Part shown: in pieces, positions 54,828-64,000 of the stretch
Position numbering within the stretch: position 1 is the stretch's first letter
Layout of the letters: each line of letters opens with the position of its first letter
DNA from: Octopus bimaculoides
Lineage: Eukaryota
DNA length: 64,000 nt
Direction: 5' to 3'
NCBI RefSeq assembly: GCF_001194135.2
Contig: NC_068984.1
Span: 25,296,142 to 25,360,141 of the forward strand
The notes under the pieces: generated by a model
What the model was told of the DNA's origin: nothing
The model's input: only the letters and a program-made list of their open reading frames with translations
Databases searched by the model: none
Translations under genes and position numbers: made by a program

Positions 54828-54877
54828 CTGAAATTAAAGATAAAATGCCTGATTGCAAAGCCAAGAAATGCTTAATA

Positions 54878-55285
54878 GGCACAGGCAAGGCAGTGTGGTA
54901 AAAAGTTTGCTTCCCAATCACATGGTTCTAGATTCAGACCCAACTAAACTCTTGAGTGGATTTGGTCGGCAGAAATTGAAAGAAGCCCATCATGCAGTGA
55001 GAGAGAGAGAGAGAGAGAGAGAGTAAGTATGTATGTGTATGTGTGAACGTGCAATATATATACATATGTATGTATGTATACATCTATGTGCATCTTTGTG
55101 TTTGTCCCCCACCACTGCTCAAAAACTGGTGTTGGTTTCTTTGCGTCCTTGTAGCTTGGTGGTTCAGCATAAGAGACTGATAGAATAAGTGGCAGGTTTA
55201 AAAATAAGTACTGAAGTCAATTTGTTTGACTAATCCCTTCAAGACCATACCGCAACATAATTGCAGTCCAATGACTGAAATAAGA
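54878..55285 (+). mobile_element. SINE family A with internal (GA)n/(TATG)n
   Basis: Head ggcacaggcaaggcagtgtggtaa; ends gcagtccaatgactgaaataaga. Confidence 0.8.
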
Positions 55286-55344
55286 ACACTGTTTGACAGA
55301 TCATTAAAAATTATCTTTTCTATAAAATAGTTACAATATCTATT

Positions 55345-55602
55345 GCCGTGACCCGACTTTTCGTCCAATGTCACTTTGTCCAACGTCACTTCGTCCATGT
55401 CTTTTGGTCCAAAGTCTTTTTGTCTGATGATCTTTTTTAATTTTTGTCCAATAAACTCTTTAGAAAACAAGGTGAACATCAAAATCAAATAATCATTGAG
55501 AATTTTACTGATAGGATTTGTCGTCTGACAAAAAAGTCATCAGACAAAAAGACATGAACGAAAAGACATTTGATAAAGTGACGTCCGACAAAAACACAGC
55601 AC
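55345..55602. mobile_element. Foldback-type MITE with long inverted arms built of about 15-bp subrepeats
   Basis: Left arm gtccaatgtcacttt/gtccaacgtcacttc/gtccatgtcttttg pairs with the right arm; atctatt direct repeat at 55338-55344 and 55603-55609. Confidence 0.8.
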
Positions 55603-57995
55603 CATCTATTACAGACATAAATATCAGTTAGATCTTCAGTAACTAAACATACATTTCAGAAAAGCAGTTCCAGTGATCCAAAATCTATTACCTTTTGGAA
55701 GAAATTAAAACACTAAACTAGCTCTATTACCATTCCTTCCATCTATTTTGTTATCAAAATTAAGCAATTTCTCCAATCTTCTGAAAAACTGCCAGTCTTA
55801 GAAATCCCTTGCCTGATTAGATTTCCCTAACCACAAATTATAGTTAAACTGCAGAAATTCAAGAGACAGTTTAACACATTTTTATCATTCTTTACATAGT
55901 ATCCAGAACTATTCGCTCTATGTTTATCTAACAAGTCATTCTGCCTGCTTGACAGCAAATCCAATTAATTTGTTTGTAAATTCAATGAGTTAGGCTTGAA
56001 CAGGTCAAGATCATGATAGAAGTATGTTTGATTAATTCTACCTGCATTTACTAACTCTTCTCAAAAGCCTATAAAATCTTTTAGTTTGGCAAAACAATCA
56101 ATTCTCTTGCAATTTAGGGTGTAACGCTAAGGTATTAAGCTGTGTCTCTAGGGTATTGCTAGTTAAGTTCTAGCAACAATTGTTTGTCTGAATGCAACAA
56201 CTAAATCACATATTGAATTCTTTGATAAAAGCTGCAATTTGTCTTTGAATTCCATCCTTTCCAGCATTAACTTAATCATCATAGTAAAGCAATATTTAAT
56301 TGAATGTGAACTTGCAACAAAATTCAATTCTAAGCTGTAATTCATGAATAACACAATATTAAATCTGAAATATATATAACTGTCTTGGATATATAATTGA
56401 TCTCATTAAATGAATCATTTCATCTGTCAAGTAAATTTTTATTCCTTATGGAGATGTAGTTTGATAACGAAAAATGTAAGTCTGAACAGAGGGTTTCTTA
56501 ACATTAAGAGAGAGAGAGGGAAGGAAAACCTGGTGAGAAGGGTGGAGGATAACTGCAAGAAACACAAAAAGGTAGAAGAATAAAAGAGAGGTGGGGTGGG
56601 GGGAGACAGGAAAAAGGAAACGTGGAAAAGTGAAAAAGAGAGGGAGTATAACAGAAAACAATATTTGGAAAGGAAAAGTAACTGAAATATTTTTAAATGG
56701 CCCTTAAAAGAGTTTAATCATAAATTATTTCTTATTATATTCTCCTGCAAGCTACTTTAGAAGACCATCAAATGGACAATTAATCCTAGAGGGAGAAAGC
56801 TTAGAAATGGAAAAGACACACACACACTAAACAGCACAACAAGAATATCCATTCTATTGAATTCCTGATCAATATTTTCATGAATGGATGCAAACTGCAG
56901 ACATAACAAAAGAAGCGCTCTCAAAGATATCTCCTATCACAAACTTCACCAAGTCTAAAATATTTGGTACGGAAATTGATAGAAAGATAGAGAAAGAAGC
57001 TTGCTAGATTTTAATATCTTCTTTAAAAACGTATTTATTTATTTCTTTTTCATCTTACTCATTAATAGATTTGTAAAATGGGAAAAAGAGAGAGAGAGAA
57101 ATAGGTCTTCTATCAGAAAAATATTATTTTAAAGGAAAATTATATACAAAGCTTTAAAAATGTGGAGCTAGCAAAAAAAGCTTAAATAAATCAATAACAG
57201 AAGAAAAAATTAGGATATTTAAATTATTGAAATGACAAACGTTTAATTTACATTAAATATTATAAGCATTCTTATATCTAACACATACATGGAGAAGAGA
57301 GATAAATTGTTTAAAAAAAAAAAGGCCCAAGAAAACATTAAATAGCTTAATACAACTGAGTAGAAGTCGCAATTTACTTTGAAAAAAGTAAAATGGAGAG
57401 AAATCGACAGATGATAAATTTCAAAATATTTGTGTGTGTATGTGTGAGCATCTATATACTCTGATATTCTGAAACAATTTCCTACGGATTCTGAGTACGT
57501 AAAGAAGGCTTAACTTAATATACATTCATAAGCAATTTTATCTGCTTGGGTCTAAATGGGACGAGGCAGTTGAATAGGAATAAAAAAGAAAGAAAAAATC
57601 TAAGAAATGGTGCAAATATTTTGTAGAAATTCTGTATTTTCATTTGCAATGATGAAAAAAGAAAAAAAATGGTTTTTATTGTCATAACTCCACAAATACA
57701 TGAGATAATCTATATAATTTAATGACAAGAAATACAATAAGGAAAATATTAACAAAGTGCTTAGCCTATTGTCAAAACAGGGAGCTAAATTTACAACAGT
57801 AAGATAGGGTTTACATGATCATATTGATGTTCACTTCATAGAGATGAGAGCATTGATCTCGTATAATCTTAACAGAGAGCCCACACTATTACGAAATGAG
57901 AAAACCAAGAATGTGCAAGGCTTTTTGCAGCCCCTACTTCCATTAATTAATCAGTCCACATCAGTGCAACAAACCAAGCATGAGATATAATGAAT

Positions 57996-58361
57996 NNNNN
58001 NNNNNNNNNNNNNNNNNNNNNNNNNNNNNNNNNNNNNNNNNNNNNNNNNNNNNNNNNNNNNNNNNNNNNNNNNNNNNNNNNNNNNNNNNNNNNNNNNNNN
58101 NNNNNNNNNNNNNNNNNNNNNNNNNNNNNNNNNNNNNNNNNNNNNNNNNNNNNNNNNNNNNNNNNNNNNNNNNNNNNNNNNNNNNNNNNNNNNNNNNNNN
58201 NNNNNNNNNNNNNNNNNNNNNNNNNNNNNNNNNNNNNNNNNNNNNNNNNNNNNNNNNNNNNNNNNNNNNNNNNNNNNNNNNNNNNNNNNNNNNNNNNNNN
58301 NNNNNNNNNNNNNNNNNNNNNNNNNNNNNNNNNNNNNNNNNNNNNNNNNNNNNNNNNNNNN
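57996..58361. other. Assembly gap (N run)
   Basis: Seen directly. Confidence 1.
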
Positions 58362-58731
58362 GAGGAGGAGATTTAAAAAATTAATTGGATTCAAAGAAGT
58401 TTCTGAAATTGTGTGTTAATGCTAAAGCAACAGATAATTCATCTGCACACCCCTCCCCTCCTCCTGCTCCCAAAAAAAGACTTGAATATCCCCTGCCTAA
58501 TTTGATATGAATTTTAAGTTATTGAAGCTGATACTTAGTAGCAGATTAGTGGCATTAAGCATGGAAGCAGAGGGAACTGATAGACTGAATAGACATGATA
58601 TGGTCTAGTTCTTGACTAGTCATCTCAATTTCCAATTGATACATGTTTTATTGATTTGATGAGGAAACCCCCCTTTCCTCATCAAAAAAAAAAAACAACT
58701 CTTGATGCAAGTCAAACAACTCAACATTTAC

Positions 58732-58759
58732 CAATTATACGGTTCCACATCACTGGCAT
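58732..58759 (-). CDS. Candidate alternative first coding exon MPVMWNRII(G), phase 1
   Basis: ATG at 58759, donor AATTG|gtaaat, acceptor ctttgatgtttcag| at 58781; locally retained CpGs at 58740-58850. Confidence 0.25.
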
Positions 58760-60302
58760 CAAAAATGTCCAGGAAAATATACTGAAACATCAAAGTTAGT
58801 TACACTGTCCAACGGTGCGACGTATTTCCATTGCGGTTTGAATTATTTACATCTGTGATATATACTTTAGTTACAAAATCAGTGTATGTTTGTAGGATTT
58901 TAAGATTGCTTCACAAAGCAGTTTCATAAGGCAGTTTGGCTCACCTAAGATTATTTTTTTTTATCCCCAAAATGAAAGAACATAAGGCTAATAACTATAT
59001 GAAATAAAACAAAGTACTGAACATGGAAGCCGTGATTTAATATAAATAATGGTATGAAGCTGACTTCAAAAATGTACGGAAAGACAGTAAAGAATTATAC
59101 TGTTTATAATAGATAAACTAGAAAGTGCTGCATACCTTTACTACTGTTGGTGCAAGAGTTATAAAATGTTCTAGTAGGTTTACTGTCAATTATTTTAGCT
59201 CATACAGGAGAGGCAGACATGTCTTACTCCTTCTTACTCCTTTCCCTATTCCACCCCTGCTTTTACATTAATACTTTTGCTACCATATAATGCTAGTAGT
59301 GCTCATTCAAGTGATGGCTTAAACATTTTATTCTCCTTATTTATTACTATTTCTGATGTATTTATGTATTTTTATTGTCACTCATCTGTTTGGCACATTA
59401 TTCCATATACTTTCAACCCCTACTCTTCCTACCTCTTTTACGTTTTCACCCTGCTACCCAAAATATTTACCTGCCTGGCCTAAAGTTACAGAAGTAAGAT
59501 TTCCATGTGAATGATTAGTCTTCACTATGTATACTTAATTGACCACAATCACCACGCTACCGCCGCCACCATCACCACAATCACTGCAACTGTCACCACC
59601 ACTACCACCGCTGGTAGCATTTAACAGCATAGGTAGTATGGGTAATTAATTATTAGAACTGCCATTTAGTTGGAAAACTTTTGCATGCAACCAGTGAAGA
59701 AGAGGGAAAGGAGAGAAAAGAAAGAAATGGAGACAAAAGTAAATAAGAAAAAAAAATAGGAAAAGAACAGAAAGCAGTTACCCCTGGATGGTGTTCAATG
59801 TTTATCAACTTAACATGGAACATTCTTTCTCAGCATATCTAAAATAGGAAGCATTCATTATGTTGCACTACATATGCTAGCATAGCTATAAAACGCTATG
59901 GATCATAAAGCAGAAAGGAAAAGCACATGTGATGGGGATTTTATGGAGAAAAATACTCTTGTTCTAGATACCTACAGAAGAACACTAAATGAGATTTTTG
60001 TAGACTGGATGCCTCTAAATGGATGAGGAAGCAAAAACAACAATGACAAAAATGTGTTAATGAGAAGTCACACATGTTTGATAATTCAAAATTAATGTCA
60101 TTTCTAGAGTCTCAAAACGAAAAAACAAATACTTTTAGAAAGTAGCTTTTGAACTGAGACCAACTTTGTGTTTTATATCCAATATCAGTGTTACCTTAAT
60201 GGTTTTTAACAGTAAGATCAACGTTATAACTTAATTATTGACTTAAAGAGAGGGGGGGGTCAACATGATTATTTTATGCTGAGGAGGAAGAGGGGGGATA
60301 AT

Positions 60303-60672
60303 ATGTGGTTAAGGTTAATATAAGTTCAGTCCCACTGTGCAACTCCTTGGACAAGTGTCTTCTACTGTACACCTAGGCTGGCCATTGCCTAGTGTGTAGA
60401 TTTGGTAGACAGAAACTGTATGGAAGCTATTCGTGTGTGCGTGTATGTGTGTATGCACACACTCACCTTTGTTTTCCCCAGTACCACCACTTGACAACTG
60501 GTGTTGGTTTGTTTACATTCCTTTAACTTAACAGTTCAACAAAAGAAGCAATAGAATAAGTACCAGACTTTAAAAAAAGGCACAAGTACTGGGGGACCAA
60601 TTTGTTCAACTAAATTCATCAAGACAGTGCCCCAGCATGGCCACAGTCCAAGTAACAAATAAAAGATAAAGA
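60303..60672 (+). mobile_element. SINE family A
   Basis: gttcagtcccactg head region, internal (TG)n, ends ataaaagataaa. Confidence 0.8.
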
Positions 60673-61301
60673 CAAGATGCTGTTGTTATCTTGTAAGGGC
60701 ACGTCACTATTTTGCTCAGCAAATTAGTAGACTCATTAAAAACACAAGACAAAATGACATGCAATAATAGTTCTGGGTGAGTTGAGTGAATCATTAGCAT
60801 GTTGGACACTTGTCACCATTACTTCCAGCTCCTCATGTTCTGAATTCAAATACCCCCCCCCCCCCGTTAACTTTACCTTTCATACTTTCAGGATTAATAA
60901 AATAAAATACTAGACTGGGTAAAATCTGAGGTCAATGTAATCAACTTATTCCCCTAAAAATTGCTGGCTTTGTGCAAAAATTAGAAAGGAATAACTGTTC
61001 TGGTTCTCTAAACACTGTGTTCAAATCCCACCAAGGCCAACTTTTTTTACTTTCATATTTTGCAGGTGTAATAAAATATCAGCCCAGAATACTGTTTAGA
61101 GAGTGTTGGCCAAGGATGCTTGTGCTATCTGTTCCAACATTCTGCATTCTTAGACAGTAGACTTAATCCATCACCTAGTTTAACACCACCACTACTGCTG
61201 CCACCTGGTCTTTGTGTGCCTTTTAACAGAGTTCATTCTGCTGCAAGCATTTGGGCCAAATGACCCATTTGTGGAAACTTCCTCCATCCACCTATCTAGA
61301 C

Positions 61302-61694
61302 CAGTGGTTCTCAACCAGCATGCACATAATCGGCGGGGAATCCATACAAGCAAAACAGTAAATNNNNNNNNNNNNNNNNGGGGGGGGGGGGTCCATGGTA
61401 GTATTTTAGGGGTTAATGAAAAAACTTTGCTTTAGATGTATTTATTGTAAGAAACAACTAGATTTCTTTCTCTAACACTTAAAACAGTCCAACATGTTTC
61501 CAGCCACTGAAATGTTTTCTCAGAGAGCACTATTGCAAACATACACAAGTGAATGAGTGAGAAACAAAATAGGAATTTTGAAAGAAGTTTCTATAAAACT
61601 AGTTTTTAAACATGAAATGGCTATGGGGGTCCACCAAAGCAAAATAGTAATCAAAGCAGTCTACAGGTAAAAAAAAAATGGTTGAGAACCACTG
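61302..61694. mobile_element. hAT (Charlie-type) MITE
   Basis: 15-bp perfect TIR cagtggttctcaacc / ggttgagaaccactg; 8-bp flanks atctagac / acatagac. Confidence 0.88.
61364..61379. other. Assembly gap (N run)
   Basis: Seen directly. Confidence 1.
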
Positions 61695-63219
61695 ACATAG
61701 ACTATGAGGCTTTGAAAAAGTAAAGGCATGGGTACACTGGACTGTTGCCAAGAGTGGGTTAGGGCTCACAAGTCTCAGTGCCCAGTTATGATCTATGTAT
61801 GCTGTCAATAAATACTATAGGACACAGTGCCTTTGTTTACCCAGGGGCCTATAATGTTGCTATAATAAGATAGCCCTGGACACTGCACTTTCCTGTCTGA
61901 CTAAATGGTAAAAACAAAAGAAAATTGATACTCCCAGTTTGGAGTTGAGCAATGATTCACATTAAGCTGTTAAAGTGTAATTTTATTTGAGGCAACAATT
62001 CATAAGAATAAGCAACAAAACGCTATCACAATAAAAACTGATGTAACATTAAAATTAAAATAAAAATAACAACAAATTTTTGAACTCTCAGAATCTTTTG
62101 TAATTCCAGCTTCTTTTCAGACAGATTAATGATGTTATTGAGACCAGATTAGAAGTCATTCAGATTCCTCTCTAAATATAGATCTAGTATCATCGTTTTT
62201 GTCATCAATACATGCTGATTCCTCTCAGAAACAAAGAAAAGACTTGTGTACTTAGAACCATTTCTCAGTTTAGTTTAACTTAAAAGTTTAAAAACAAAAT
62301 TAAAAGAAATATTGTATAATCTTGTTGCTTATAAAGATATACCTCAAGTTCAAATCTGTATTGAAGTCTTTGAGTTGCTTGCAGATGTATAATGACTGAT
62401 TTCTTATCAACACTCGTTAAAGAATTAATCAAGAGTTAATCCTCTTAAAAATTCTAAGCTGCTTGTAAAATGTGCAGTAGTAATCAAATATTCTGGAAAT
62501 ATCTGCAACCTTTATGAAGTTTAACGTCTGTCGTTATTCTTTCCTCCATGCATGTAAGAGAGGGGAGATTGTGCACATATGCAAGTGCAGTGATAGTTAG
62601 TTGAACATATTTTTGTCAAGAAAAGAAAAAAAACATTCAGTGCATGACATTAAATTGATTTCTTTTAGAGTCGCCTATTTAATAATCATTCTTGATTGGT
62701 TACTGCTTCACTTTCCAATAGGAAATAGTATATGCATAGTATAAATTGTGCATCTTTTTTTGATAAAAGCATTTATTTTCAGATAGTGGAGACAGTAACA
62801 AGATATTGTAACATATATTTTTTAAAATGCATTACAAAAGCCATATAATTTTCGTTACATCTATTCTTGGAGTAAATTTCCTTTTTATATAAAAAAAATG
62901 AACTATACAGAAATAATAGCTGATTGAATGGGAAAACTAATACATAGGTTTTAATGAATTTCTTAACACAATTCATGCTCATACTAGTTTATTTATCTAT
63001 ATATAATTTAATTTCAATACTGGTTCTACGTTTGTGAGTGACAGAACAATTGAAAGATAAAATAATTGGTTCTCTAACAAACTATTCTAACATTATAGCA
63101 CTTATAAAATAAATATCAACCAAGTAACAGATTGGGAACCATAAACATTTTCCTTTGAGACTGGCATCACTCACAACGTTTTCAGTATGTAATCCATTCA
63201 AATTTGCTAATTCTTGTGC

Positions 63220-63259
<40 letters not shown>

Positions 63260-64000
63260 ATATTGCTGTGCATCTGCCAGTATATAAAATACAACCACAT
63301 TTTACCCTCTCTCTCCAATAATCCTGTGCCTCATAAGGCAAGCCACGACCTAACCAAGCACTACTACACAACGCACTTGAAAACTGCGCTCTCCCCCCAC
63401 TACCGCACCGAAAGAAATATATCGAAGAAAGAAAAAGGAGGTGTCTTGTATGGAAAACAAAGCAAGAAACTTGCACGTAGATATTTTTCAATAGATTTTA
63501 CTGCAGTCAGAAATATTTCGCGCTGCAAAGTGCATTTTACCTGCTGAGTTAAAACGTTAATTTAGTAATACAGATCGACTAAAATGGAAAAAAAGAAAAC
63601 TGCGTAAAAAAAACACAAATCTAAGGGAACAATTGTTCTTATAAGGGAAGTAACTCTTTCTTTACTGGCGGCCTTGACAATTGATAAAATATTTCACTAA
63701 CAAACTTTTTCAAGTACAGGTTGACTTTACATACTACACAAACATGATCCTGTAATTTAATCTGATAATCAGTAAGTGAAAACCAAGAAGTGTTAGTTAA
63801 TTAAAGTCTGTGTGTGGGGGTCCCTTGTATATCAAGTAGGAGAATATTGGGGATGGGGGATTCCTCGTATATTAAGCAGTTCTTTTTCACTCAACAATTT
63901 AAGCTGTTGCTACATAAAAGAAACGTAAATAAATATTAGCATGTTCCATTTAGAACCATGCTAACGCGAAAACCACAAAAAGTGTGTGCCTGTGTGTATA

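Overview
AT-rich, microsatellite-dense eukaryotic DNA. The SINE/MITE repertoire and (CA)n/(TA)n/(TAA)n content point to an Octopus-type coleoid cephalopod draft assembly; this is an inference. There are four N-gaps. No recognisable host protein domain, rRNA, true tRNA or CRISPR array is visible, and almost all listed ORFs are repeat-, microsatellite- or gap-derived. Recognisable coding remnants are all transposon fossils: an RTE LINE, two or three CR1-like pieces, an R4/Dong restriction-like endonuclease tail inside (TAA)n, and a mariner transposase C-terminus. These sit among many tRNA-derived SINEs, TTAA-ended MITEs, a hAT MITE, a foldback MITE and Helentron-type (HINE) elements. The window reads best as the 5'/intronic region of an unidentified minus-strand gene. 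Several CpG-retaining patches (about 16-17.5, 31-34.7, 57-59 and 63-64 kb) carry promoter motifs and candidate short first exons. The most unusual directly visible structure is a two-template insertion at 29445-29698. It copies 25964-26180 directly and 33085-33123 in inverted orientation (including the promoter CCAAT box) into a SINE, with 2-nt microhomologies at each junction. Element boundaries are read by eye and approximate unless a TSD or TIR is quoted.
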